38,773 nucleotides of DNA from Batkoa obscura (Eukaryota). The stretch lies in contig JASVEC010000162.1 in assembly GCA_030770535.1 (NCBI GenBank), forward strand, positions 1 through 38,773, read 5' to 3'. The notes beneath the pieces were generated by a model, which worked only from the letters and a program-made list of their open reading frames with translations, did not search any database and had not been told where the DNA came from. Position 1 is the stretch's first letter, and every line of letters starts with the position of its first letter. The position numbers and the translations under genes are program-made. Below are positions 20,668-32,968 of the stretch, in pieces.

Positions 20668-23107
20668 AATGTTTTGTTTCGTTTTTTATAGCTTTTATAG
20701 CTTTTTTTCTCCTTATTATTTAGTGTATTTTAGTTTATTTATCATCAAATGATTATTTATTAAAATTTGAAGTCCAAGAATTAGATTTTGGTGGAAGTAT
20801 TGAAATTTTAAAATAAAAAAAGTTTTTTTCTTCCTAAAAATTAAACTTTATTGCTTATTTTTAGATTTGTTGCCACAGTTTGGAATAAAAATTGTTAGCT
20901 TAACAGGTGATTGTAATGTTGCATTCTTATTTGAAAATTTATTACTATGACTTAATAAAAATATGGAAAATGTCTTAATTATCTAAAATTAAAACTTATT
21001 CTATATATTAAACATATTGTTCTTTTCATGGCTAATTCAAAACATATTTCAAATAGCAATGAGAATAAATGAAGTTTTTATTTAAGAAATGCAAATACTT
21101 ATTATAATGAAACTATTAAAAAAAACAATTTTAGATTGCGTATTATTATAATAAAATGTTTATAAGCTAAACTTAAATGTCACTCTCAAATTTATATATT
21201 TAGTTATCGAATACATTATTAGTGCTCAAAGGTCAATAACTAGAGCTTAAATATGTCAATTTGATTCATGTATTATTTATATCATTGTTCTAAATACACA
21301 ATTTTAAAAACCTTAGCACCTTAAATTATGATACTACTCTATCAATAAAAATTAAATTTCTATTTTATATTGACTTCGTAATAGATTTATTACCTTTTAT
21401 TTTATAACACTTCCATAATAAGATATTTTGATATCAAATTAGCTCTAATGAATAATACTTATAAGGTAGTGTAGTGTATCTAAAAAAATTCATAAAATAA
21501 CTTATCAATTAGACTATTTCTATAATTCTATTTATTGATTTCTTTAAACACACTAATAAATTAGCCTTTGAATGTACATTGAAATGCTGTAACTGTTTTG
21601 ATTTATATATCTCTTTTAATCAAATACAAATGTTTCAATTGTTCAATAAATTGCTTAGTTTCAAATATTATCACTAATAGATTGCAATTTGCTTGAACTA
21701 AATTGTATTGAAAAAATAGTGTCTTTTCTTAAAATTCAGTTAGTAAAAAAGGTCAAAAAATAACTTGAGCTGATTTTAGGATTGAACAACAAACGATTAG
21801 CATTTTTTTACTCTTAAAAGAATTCATTACGCCTATTTAAGTTCAAATATGCGCTATATAACTACTCATTTGAGAGCTTTTTTTGTCACCAAGCTATAAA
21901 CCGCCACAACAATGTGAATTACTAGTTATAAAGCCTATTCATTACATAGCGCACAACTGAACTTAAACAGCTCTAAAATTCTAAGTAGTTTATTTAAGAG
22001 CTACTAATACTTTTATATTGAAAGTAAATTATATTTATTAGAACTAGTTTAAAGTGATGTATTAGTATTTTAGAAAGAATAATTTATTAAGGGGTTACAT
22101 CTTGCATAAAGACGATTTTTTTATATTGAGTGTATTGCTTATTTGTTTAATTCATTATTATTTAACTTAATATAAAAGGTAAGGGCATCGTTAAAGTAAG
22201 TTAAGAACTTTAAAGGTAGTAAAGCTGCTAAAAAAAGCAAAGTAAGGAGAATAGTTTTAATTAAATTTTTTTACTTAAAATAAGATTATAATCTATTTTA
22301 TATTTTAAAAACTAGTTAATTATTATCCCTTGTTAAATATAAAGGTTTATTTTTAAAATATACAATTATTGTAAAAAATGAATTAAAGATAATAATGACA
22401 CATAATTTAAAAGCAACTGTTATCTCATTAACAAGAGTTATGGTATTGGTTGAATTATATGCCTCATTTAAACTCACTTCAACTCATAGTTTTAGTGATA
22501 AACAATGACGTTAAACACACTATAACCAATAGGATTAGTTGTTTGTTGAAATCTATTGTAAAAGAAAGTGTTTTTGAAAGAAATTAAAGATAAACCCCGT
22601 ATTTAAACCCCAACATTTTAGAACTTAAGATTTTTGAGAGAAAAATAATGGTTGAGATACTAATAAAAAAAGTAAAGAAAGGAATATTTATAATTGCTCA
22701 ATACAAAAATGTATAGAGTTACTTTCAAATCATTTCTTGATTTACCCCTTTTAAGTTTGGTATTAGATACACCCTTTTTTTAAAAAGTTTTAACAGCCAT
22801 TTTTTAAAATCATTTTTATTAAAAAAGACCAATAAGTGTAAAAAAAATTAAAGAGAATTGGAAGTTTTTAATCTTAGTATGCTTTCTAAATGTTAAGTAA
22901 GTTACTTTCTTTTTTTTTTAAACTTATTTTTTATTTTATTTAGTAATTAATTTTTGTTAATAAAATTAAATAATGATAACTAATCATTATTTTATTACTA
23001 GATTAATACAATTATCCATTTGTCTTGTCTTAGTTTAGCTTTATTGCAACAAGAAAAAAAGTTTATATCAAAATAATCTAACAACAATAGCATTACATTA
23101 TCTTAAT

Positions 23108-24587
23108 ATGGGCGCCTGTTTATCAGTTGAGGAAAGAGGCGAAAGGGAGAGAAACCTTCAAATTGAGAGGATGATTGAAGAGGATAGTAAAAGATTTAGT
23201 AGAGAATGTAAAATACTCTTGTTAGGTAGGTTTACATTCATAATAATAAATGAAAGTAATGATAACGAGTATCATTTTTAGGAAGTGGAGAATCTGGAAA
23301 GTCGACAATAGTTAAACAGATGAAAATCATTCATCAGAATGGTTATGATTTAAATGAATTAAATATGCTACGGCCCATTATTTATAAAAATGTAGTGGAC
23401 TGTGTTAGGGATCTTGTCAAAGGTTATGAAATCTTGAAGTTAACTCCAAGTGAAGGCAAAAATAAAGTAAACCATAGTTGTAGCTATAAATCAAAGAATA
23501 GGATGCTAATTATTTTAAAAGTTATTTATTAAGGATTATCAGCGACTTTTAGCAGATTTTGGGTTCTCTGGTGCTCTTCCAATGGAATTTGTTCAAGGTG
23601 TTTATGACTTAGTTAAAGATCCTACTACTACAGAATGCCTCAATCATTCTGGAGGATTCTATATTTTGGACTCAGCACCTTAGTAATTTAAATGAATTTG
23701 TTTTTGATAGCAAAAATTAATAATTTCATAGCTTTTTCGAGCATATTCAACGTATTGGATCCCCAGAATACGTACCTACGATCCAAGATGTTTTAAGGGC
23801 TCGTACTAAGACTACGGGTATCATTGAAACTCGATTTACGATGGGACAGTTGAATATACAGTAATTATTGATTGTGCAATATTGAATAACAATAGGCTTA
23901 TGACTTTATTTAGTATGTTTGATGTGGGCGGCCAAAGATCAGAACGTAAAAAATGGATTCATTGCTTTGAAGCAGTTACATCGATTATATTTTGTGTAGC
24001 GCTAAGTGAATATGATCAAGTATTATTAGAAGAGTCTGGACAAGTAAATTCTTTTTTTATTTTAAAGCTTTTAGTTTATTCATTTTAATTTTTATAGAAT
24101 AGGATGACGGAGAGTTTAGTACTATTTGAATCCATCATTAATTCCCGATGGTTTTTAAGGACGTCCATTATTTTGTTTTTAAATAAGATTGATATATTCC
24201 GCCATAAAATTCCAATCTCACCACTAAATAAATATTTTCCAGATTATAATGGTAAGCTCAACTCAATATTAGAATTAATAGTAGTAATGTGTTTTTGTTA
24301 GGTGGATCTGATATAAACAAAGCTGCTAAATATATTTTATGGAGGTTTTCACAAACAAATACAAAGAAATTGGTACTTTATCCACAGTAAGTAAATTATT
24401 TAATCTATAGTTTTATATTAATTATTCTTTTTAGCCTTACTCAAGCAACAGACACTTCAAATGTAAGTTCAATCTACATTAACTATGCTACAATAACTAA
24501 ACATTATTTATATAGATTCGATTAGTATTTGCAGCGGTTAAAGAAACGATATTACAAAATGCCTTAAAAGATAGTGGGATATTATAA
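23108..24587 (+). CDS. GPA2: Heterotrimeric G protein alpha subunit, fungal group III (Gpa2/GNA-3/GanB-like); 8 introns
   Basis: MGACLS (myristoyl/palmitoyl sites), [72 protein letters not shown] and C-terminal [15 protein letters not shown]. Confidence 0.95.
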
Positions 24588-25014
24588 ACGAGGTTCTAAA
24601 CAAAGAACTATGTTTAAATTTACGTAATTAATTGAAATTTATTTAAAAAGAATATATATATATATACTATTCCAACTCTCTTTTAAGTTGTAAAAAAGGA
24701 ACAAAATTATTATCAATTGAACTATTTGGTATCCTCAGCTATAAATCTACTTTAATCTTAAATTATACACTAATTGCTCTGGTAGTACCAATGTTTTTTA
24801 TTTTATACTCATCTTTTTTTTTATGCTTTTATCTTTTCTTTTTTGTTAAAACCTTGACAATACATGCTCTCTTATTCGATGTCCCCTCCTCCGATTCTTA
24901 TACCAAATATTTAATTTTAACTAATAATAAATTTCACTTCATTTTTTATTCGTAAAAATCCCGTCTTTAATTTTTAAATTGACACTTTTTTATAACTTTA
25001 AGTTACTGTTAACT

Positions 25015-26530
25015 ATGCTTACGTATTTTAAACTTCAACTAAGACCAAGTTCAGTAATAACAAAAACTGCTCAACGTTGGTTGACAATTAATATACTTCA
25101 ACAGAAGTTACAATATGATACAGAGCCAATAAATAGCAATTTTAGATCTTGTTTAATACCAGAAGAAATCAAAAATTTAGAACCTATCGAATTAAATCAA
25201 CTAACATGTGGGGTGAGAATTGCTTAAATAAATAATAAAGATGGAATACTGACTTTCCATTAGCTCCATCATTACGCTGCTATTATCAACAACCAACTTT
25301 ACACCTGGTAAATAACAAGTTATAAGAACTATAAAAAACAGTAAAATTAACAAGTTTAGGGGTTCGAATGAATATGGGCAAGTAAATCAAACACACCTTT
25401 TCTAAATTCAAATAATTAAACAACTCCAAAGTTAGGCCCAACCAACACTAGTTTTAGCTTAATGGATAGTGGCTCGGAATCCGAGGATTTAATAGAAAGT
25501 CCGTTTTTATTACCTGGTGCTATTAATTTCAAAAAAGAGAAAAGTGGCAATGGATATCAATTAGTAGCCGGAGATTTCCATACTTTGTGTTTGGATCGAG
25601 ATACTAATCAGATTTGGAGTTGGTAAGCGTTCTTATAGCTGATAAAACAAGTTCATTAACTTAGTTAAAATCAAAGGGGAGCAGGTATTTTGGGACGAGG
25701 AGCCGAAGTTTATGATCCATTACCAAGCACCATTGATTTCTTTAATGAGGCTAAAGTTACTATAAGTAAAATTTTAGCTGCTGGGTAGGTATACTATTGT
25801 TACTATTTATTTGAGTTTTATCTTTTAAAAAAATAGAGATTACTCTATAGCCGTTGGCAATCCAAACAATCCGGAATACAGCTCTAGAGATTTAGTTTAT
25901 ATATGGGGTTATTTGCCAAATACTGATAATTGTAAGTCCTATTATCCAGTATTGGTACAAAACTTACTTGATCAAGAGATCAAGTTTATAACATCTGATA
26001 GACATGGGTTTTTAGCAGTAAGTAAAAATAAAAATGAGAAATATTATCTAAAATGGTTTGGAAATGAAAATAAAGATGAGTTTGAGGAAGTTCCTTATTA
26101 CCCAAATTACAGCGAGGATGCTAAAGTTTTGACTGGATACAGCAGTAAGCCAGCATTTTCAATAGAAATTACAAAAGAGCTTATCAATGAAGATGATGCT
26201 ATTTCTAAAGTCATACTTGGTGGAAATGGAATTGCTGGCATTTTATTAAAGAATAAGGAATTGATTATGGTTGATTTGAAGAACAAATCGGAACTAAAGA
26301 TAGTAAAGTTTAAAGATGTGAACAAGGCGCAGTTAACATTTAATTTTTTGATATTAAATAATAAGGAAAATGAATTGAAAGTAGTCAATTTGAATACGCT
26401 AAATTTTAGACATTGGGATAAAAGAGGAAATGAAGGCCTTTATCATAATCAAATAGACTCTAGTGTTGAAAAGTTAGAATCAAGTGCTAATGATATTACA
26501 TTTTCGGGAGACAAGCTTATCTGTTTGTAA
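25015..26530 (+). CDS. RCC1/BLIP-II repeat protein, possibly mitochondrial (RCC1L/Fmp25-like); 5 introns
   Basis: Spliced product contains TCGLHHYAAI..LYTWGSNEYGQLG, VAGDFHTLCL..IWSWGAGILG and LAAGDYSIAV..VYIWG. The basic, acid-free N-terminus MLTYFKLQLRPSSVITKTAQRWL looks like a presequence. Confidence 0.8.
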
Positions 26531-27224
26531 AAGTTTTAGTTTACACAGTAATTTTATACAACTCAATAGAAACTAGAATATAATAGTGGTAGTTGTATTT
26601 TTATAATGAATAAAAATAGAAAGTAAACATAAATTTATATCTTTAATAAATATTTACAATTTTTTTTACCTCCTACTCTAATATAACCCTAACCTGGCCC
26701 AGACACTATCATTAAATTAGCATTTTTAACTAAATTATTACACCAACTGTTTGAAGAGTGTCATAAAATTCTTGGTCTTTGAAATTAACTTTGACTACTT
26801 TTTAATACAATTGGTGTTTTTTGGTTGGAATTCGTTATTAAAATTGTAAAAAAAGTATTTACCTGTGTAGAAAGATACCCTCCAGGGACTTGTTTAGTTT
26901 TTTGGGCTTATGAAATAGGAGAATAATTGCAAAAAGTATTATGTGATAAAGATCAATTTATAATTCTTAAAGCAGGGGTAAAAGATAAACTTCAAGCAAT
27001 AATTGTTTTTATCGTCATTTAGCCTTAATATTAATATTTTGATAAAAAGAGCAAACAGGAATTAGTTGATATTTATGGTTAGACCTATGATTTAATATAG
27101 GGAAAAAATAATATTTAGCCTTGAAATTTTTTTAATTAAAATGAGAGAGTGGATTTGAGTGCCACAAGTTGTAAGCGAAAATGGCGTTTTTGGGATGATT
27201 ATTTAATAAGTAAAATTTAAATAT

Positions 27225-27322
27225 GGAGATGTTTTTTTGGCTTCATTACTTTTTCCATCTTTCAAGCACTATTTGAGTAGAAAGATTAGTAGTAAAATTC
27301 TCAAATACAAAAATACGTCCCC
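27225..27322 (-). mobile_element. MITE copy E
   Basis: atat|GGAGATGTTTTTTTGGCTTCATTACTTTTTCCA..AAATACAAAAATACGTCCCC|atat; 98 bp with ATAT on both sides. Confidence 0.85.
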
Positions 27323-28275
27323 ATATAGTTCTATTCGAAATAATTTTAAAAAATGGCAAAAATAATTTAGTAAACATCAAAATTTAAAAAATTCAACCAA
27401 TTAAATGTTAAATAATATTATTTTTATTATATCATACTACTATAGCTGATTGCAAACTAAGGTATATTTAGTTTTCCATCATAAAATAACCGAATTTGAG
27501 AATGATCAAAGATAAATCCTTATTGACCTAGATTTTTTTAAGAGGCATTTTTCTCATCACTGTAGTGTTATGGCTAATTTTAAAAATTAAAACGGTAAGC
27601 CAAGAAATATATAATGAATTTGAAATCCTATAATACCAGTAATAAAAACCACTTTCTTTTAATGCTATATAAGTAATAATGAGCAGTTCTCGATTTTATC
27701 ATGATAAAAATAAGTTTTTTCGAGTAAATTATTAAACAAGCTTTTACTCAAGTTTAAAATATCATAAATGATCGACATTCGCTATTTATTTAAAATTCTA
27801 GATGAGAATTATACTGTAATCAATTAATTTAATGTTATATATTAAAATATCTAGTTGTTGTTATTACACTTTAGGCATATTATTTATAAATGGTATATAT
27901 TATATTATATATTCTTCTTTAATTCTCCTAATTACAAATGTTATAAATAAATCAATTAATTGAGCCTAAGATTTTTGATCAAGTATAATAAATTGTCATT
28001 TTGTAATGATTTCTTCCATCCCAAAACCGGTTTCAATGTAGGCTAAGCTTAAATAAGTAAAAGTTATACGCTAAAAACTCGGGTCACAAAGTGAGATTGA
28101 AGTACTATAAAAGGCTCAAAGTAATAAACTCAGCCTAAAATAAATCAAAAAGATTATAAATATCATTTTAAATACTTCTAACTTCATAATTTTTTAATAC
28201 TTTATTATCAATTAAATAATTAGTAATTTTATTAAGGCCGGATACTTAAGTAGTTATCATTTTAATTGTAGCGGA

Positions 28276-28866
28276 ATGGAGAATTTTAGTAAATTAAGAC
28301 AGTGCAAGAGTTATAACTCTCTAAATAAAACCAAAATAATCACTAGAAAATCATCAATTGGAGAAAGGTTGAACTCAATTAAGCACTCGATAAGTAGCTT
28401 GAAGCTAGACTCTAAAAAATTGATTATAGCTGAAGAAGATTCTATGGAAACATATCTAACGCCCAGCTTCAAGAACTCTTCACATTCTATATCAAACAAA
28501 TTTTTAATCGACAGTTCTAAAAATATAGTATTAAATGTAATGCATCGAGGCTTATCAGTGCCTTCTTTGAGGAGAACAAGGACAAGGGAGGACAGTACTC
28601 TATCAAATAAATCTTCGTTATCATCAATCAGTTCCTCATACTCATCAAGCAATGTTAGTAGTTGTAGTACCACTTCGAAAGTAGCCAAACCATTACCTAA
28701 ACATGCGATTTATGCCCCATTTCAAAAAGGGTTTAACTTAAGGCAACTGGATTCTGAAGAAGAGTTTGGCGAAATTTTAACCCAAGGTTTCCAAAAACAA
28801 GGCGATCTTCAACTGGATATACCCACTTTATATTTAACACTAACACCTTCTTGTGTTCAAGTCTAA
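28276..28866 (+). CDS. Hypothetical Ser/Lys-rich disordered protein, 196 aa
   Basis: Intronless ORF with coding-like composition, a TATAAA upstream (about 28160) and C-terminal EEEFGEIL..TLYLTLTP. No domain recognised. Confidence 0.7.
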   Translation: MENFSKLRQCKSYNSLNKTKIITRKSSIGERLNSIKHSISSLKLDSKKLIIAEEDSMETYLTPSFKNSSHSISNKFLIDSSKNIVLNVMHRGLSVPSLRRTRTREDSTLSNKSSLSSISSSYSSSNVSSCSTTSKVAKPLPKHAIYAPFQKGFNLRQLDSEEEFGEILTQGFQKQGDLQLDIPTLYLTLTPSCVQV

Positions 28867-29100
28867 ACTTTTATATTTAAATCAATAAATTAATAGATTA
28901 AACCATATTAGTTTACTGGAGTTTTATATTTTTATCTTTGTTATTATTTTTACTTTTTATCATAAGAATCACTATTGTTTTACATATAATAATATTTTTT
29001 CCCATCATAAAAGGTAAAGGCGCCACTACTTAATAAGCTATTATTTTCATAGGCGAAATAAGTCATGTTATTATTTTTTAAGCCTTAAATTTAAATAAAT

Positions 29101-29191
29101 GAAGCTGTTTTTTAGTTTTATTACTTTTCCATTTTTAAGTGCTATTTCAACAAAGAGAGTATTAATAAAAATCTTCAAAGAAATATGTTTC
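29101..29191 (-). mobile_element. MITE copy F (degenerate)
   Basis: GAAGCTGTTTTTTAGTTTTATTACTTTTCCATTTTTAAGTGCTATTT.. aligns with copies C-E; ends decayed. Confidence 0.65.
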
Positions 29192-29508
29192 AAAATATTA
29201 ATGAAAAAGAATGAAAGCAACAATTACTTTTCAAAATTATTAATAGCAATATTTGTTGGATATTTGATAATAAATAAAATAAATCTTACTCTTTGAATTT
29301 AGTTTTGCTCTTATATTTATTTTATTTTACATAGACGAAATTTAAAAATGTTTTTATTTTTCAACTTTATAAAATTATATTTCTCTATAAGATGTATTTC
29401 TTCATATCAATTATTAATGTAAAGAAACTTATAAGACTTTGTTGTCATTGTTTAATATAACAACAAAGTAGTATAAAGCTATTCACTCAAAGTAAAAATT
29501 TAGCATGT

Positions 29509-29594
29509 AGAGATGTATTTTTTTGAAAAATTTTATTAAACACTCTTTCTACTCAAATAGTGCTTAAAAATGGAGAGTGATGAAATCAAAAAAA
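29509..29594 (+). mobile_element. MITE copy G (right tip missing, abuts copy H)
   Basis: AGAGATGTATTTTTTTG..TTTCTACTCAAATAGTGCTTAAAAATGGAGAGTGATGAAATCAAAAAAA, then atat and copy H. Confidence 0.75.
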
Positions 29595-29598
29595 ATAT

Positions 29599-29697
29599 GG
29601 CGATGTATTTTTGTATTTAAGAATTTTACTAACAAATTTTCCGCTTAAATAGCACTTAAAAGATGGAAAAAGTAATGAAGCCAAAAAAAACACCCTC
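29599..29697 (+). mobile_element. MITE copy H
   Basis: atat|GGCGATGTATTTTTGTATTTAAGAATTTTAC..GGAAAAAGTAATGAAGCCAAAAAAAACACCCTC|atat. Confidence 0.85.
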
Positions 29698-29869
29698 ATA
29701 TTATATGTATCATTATTAATTTTTTAATTATTTTATCATGAATTTAGAATTATGTCTATGTAAAACACAATTTTCTGGTAATTGTTAACTAATCATAATA
29801 ATAAAATTTGTGTATTATATTTATATTAAAATAAAAAGGAATAACAATGATTTTATTTCAAAAAAAAGA

Positions 29870-30450
29870 AATTAATTCAATTCAATAGAGGAGCAAAGTT
29901 TTAGGATGTGTATGGAAACTTTAGGAAAACCAACCGCTTTAAACCTTTAAAGGCTCTGTTAGCAATGATCAGGGAACGTTTGAACTCTTTTCTAATGACA
30001 GACAAACATTCTAAAAAAGAGAGTGAATAAGTAGAGGAGTGGAAATCACTTTAAACTTGAAGTGATAAAATGTATAGTAAAGAACCCACACCAGAGAATC
30101 AATAAAGAGGAATTGAATATATCTACTAAGCTATGAGTGAACATCCTCTAAATAAGTAAAGTTGTTAGTCCAAGGGCTGAGGTCAGAGATTAAATCTTTG
30201 ATAAAAGCCAAAGTATGAGAAATCCAGAAATATTGACTGTAAGGGCAATCAAACAACTGATGAGAAACTTTGTCATACATATTACCGTAACCATAGGGAT
30301 ATGAGTCCTCAACCAAAGGCTTGGAAATATGCACTCGGGCAAGTTTAATGTAGCCATTAAATCAGGCCCACTGAATGATGGAGCTCAATCTGGGGACAGC
30401 ACCTTTATCTTCTAATAGTATATTTCCTGGGGAGTCCAACTCGTCTACTT
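29870..30450 (-). pseudogene. Decayed 3' fragment of a non-LTR retrotransposon ORF2 (zf-RVT-like zinc knuckle region)
   Basis: Higher-GC island. Translation PRLSSIIQWA*FNGYIKL..DSYPYGYG..DKVSHQLFDCPYSQYFW resembles the CxxC..ET..HLxxxCP....W motif of LINE ORF2; contains in-frame stops. Confidence 0.6.
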
Positions 30451-32294
30451 TACAAAATACAACTAGCTTTGTAATATAAAGAGAATTTCATTTTTGAAGG
30501 AGAACAACTTTTTTATAAATATTAATTACAACTATTTTGACATATTCATTAAAAATGTAAACAAAACAAACTATGACTAGTATTGTAAGTGTGTATACTG
30601 AGTTAACTATTGCTGAGAAATAATAGATAAAAATTGACTGTGTAGATTAGATATTTTTATTTAGCTATTTTTTCAATTTAATTAATTACATATCGGAAGA
30701 AGCAAACGAAGAGTAGCTCTGGTAAGGGATTGTATTCTTTATTGTAAATAGGACTTAATACATGAAATACCAGCACAAGTATAAAGAAAAAAGAGGTAAT
30801 ATATAGTTTAGTAAAGAAAAAGAGAGGAAAAATGTGATTATAAACCTTATTTTTAAAAATCATTATCAGTTTTGACTGAATATACTATAAATAGCATAAT
30901 GAGAATGTTCTAACTTATTCTTTGTAAATTAAAGAATTATAACGTACTTTTTACCCTTACCGAATTGAACAGTATTTTATATATTCAAAAAGTAATGTAA
31001 AGCCCATAGTAATTCAGACGCAATGTGAAAGGCGAAGGAGAGGGGGTAATAAATAAGGGATTACAGCGTCAATTTTCTAGTTATCCTTTAGATAAGCTAG
31101 AAAAATATCCGAGGAAAAAAGATTGTCCCGGAATCATTAGAACTATAAATATTTATTTATTATAAGTTATACTTAATCGAGGACACAAAATAAGATTAAC
31201 AAAATCGATATAGGGAATAATCAAATAGGCTTTGGTAATAGGAAATAAAATTAATCCTAATATTGTTTTTATAAATGCATTAGGTATAACTGTGGAGTTA
31301 ATAAGGGGATCTGATTTGAAGTGATTTAAACGATATCTTTTTTAAATATAAAAGTATAGAATAAAGTAGAAAATTATCGATAGTAGAAGTATAGCCGAGA
31401 TTTGTTTGCTTGGTGTATAATAGTATTTTTTTTTAAATATATAAAAATAGATAATATTATTATTTTTAGCAATCGGTATACTAAAGATAAAAATAAATCA
31501 AATAAGACATGATATTAAGATTTAAGGCGCTTAAAGTTTATACTCACAATTTCTTTACTGAGAATCATTGATAATAGTTGGATGCTATATTACTTTATTA
31601 ATTCAATTTTTCTATATTAATCAAAATCCGAATTTAATAAATAACTTCCAAGCTTCATTTACAAAATATTATATCCATACTTTTAAAATTTTCTCTTACC
31701 ATGTGGAAAATTTATTTATTTACTAACTATAGTAATATTAGCTACTAGCAAGATTTATATATATATGCGATAAGGCTATAGATAATTTCTATAATAAGTC
31801 ACTGCTTATATTTCTAATGCCAGGTCTAGAGGAAAAATAAGATAAAATCTACCCCAAAAGATTGATTATTTATTTTATATCTTTATTATTTTCCGCCATC
31901 CTTAGTTTTTTGAATTTCAATTTTCAATCTCCTAAATAAATAAAATCTTGTTTATTATTAGAATTCCATCAGTTTGCAGATGGGAAATAGCTTTAACCAA
32001 TCTCAAGTTTACGAAATCATTTACAAATCTTGAAATTGTTATAAGTTAGCTTTATTTTATGGAATCTATAAGTAAGATAAGATATTCTTAATATTTATAT
32101 GTGAAATGATAAAATCCTTGCCATACTATGATGTGTTTTTTTTATTATAATATAATACGGTAAGTTAACATGTATTACTCAAATAGATAAAAAAATTCTA
32201 AAAGTTTAAAAATAAAACTTGATTATAAATGGTATAATGTTTATTTCCCATAGTCGATAAGCTGAGAATAATAAGTTTATTTTGAAAAAAACAG

Positions 32295-32302
32295 TATATA
32301 AA
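32295..32302 (+). promoter_or_regulatory. TATA box of the secreted-protein gene
   Basis: TATATAAA followed by GGG, about 60 bp upstream of ATG 32360. Confidence 0.5.
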
Positions 32303-32359
32303 GGGTCGATTTGACATTGAAGTACCTTACCAATCTCCTGAGATCTTCACATATATACT

Positions 32360-32968
32360 ATGAAATTCTTTGCTTTATCTTTCTTACCTTGCCTAGCATT
32401 AGCTCAACTCCATGGTGTTTACCAGTTACCTTCTAACCAAGCTGGTTGTGCTTCCGCTCTTGATTTAGTCTTAAAATCAGATAATACTTTAGTTAAAAGA
32501 CATTGTGTTCAAGATAACGCTAAAAAAATTACCTTTGGTGTCTATTTCCAAAATAATGATAAAATTGATGAATTTTATTCTACTGGTGGTTCCAAAACTG
32601 TTTCTGTAAAATCAAGCGTTAACAGTATCAATTATGATGGTGTCAACCTTGAGAAGAAAACTGACGACAGTGAATTTGCCAAAGTGGCTTCAATCTTTGG
32701 TACTTTTGAAGCTGCCCCAGGAAATGAAGCCAATTGTGCCATTGCTTCTAAATTAGAAATCTTTAATAGTGGTCGAATTGTTAAAACTTATTGTCAAAAT
32801 AATCAATCTTTTTATACTCGTGGATTCTTTGAAATTATTTCTTTTGCTGATTCTAAAGTCGTTATTGACGTTAAGTATAATGGTACTGAAGTTAAAAGTA
32901 CTTTAAATGTCATTGATGCTAACTCTTTCGAATTTGAAGGCAAAGTTTTATTAAAAAGAATCAATTAA
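32360..32968 (+). CDS. Secreted protein, 202 aa, two internal ~95-aa repeats each with two Cys
   Basis: Signal peptide MKFFALSFLPCLALA; intronless; repeats HGVYQLPSNQAGCASALDLVLKSDNTLVKRHC and FGTFEAAPGNEANCAIASKLEIFNSGRIVKTYC. Confidence 0.85.
   Translation: MKFFALSFLPCLALAQLHGVYQLPSNQAGCASALDLVLKSDNTLVKRHCVQDNAKKITFGVYFQNNDKIDEFYSTGGSKTVSVKSSVNSINYDGVNLEKKTDDSEFAKVASIFGTFEAAPGNEANCAIASKLEIFNSGRIVKTYCQNNQSFYTRGFFEIISFADSKVVIDVKYNGTEVKSTLNVIDANSFEFEGKVLLKRIN

Noticed and set aside
25361..25370. GGTTCGAAT tRNA T-loop/B-box-like motif
   Set aside because: It is the GSNEYGQ micro-exon of the RCC1 gene; no cloverleaf.
29099..29296. 65-aa ORF with signal-peptide-like start
   Set aside because: Overlaps degenerate MITE copy F. 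Likewise 6364..6573, 18577..18798, 30678..30863 and 34642..34836 look like chance AT-rich ORFs.
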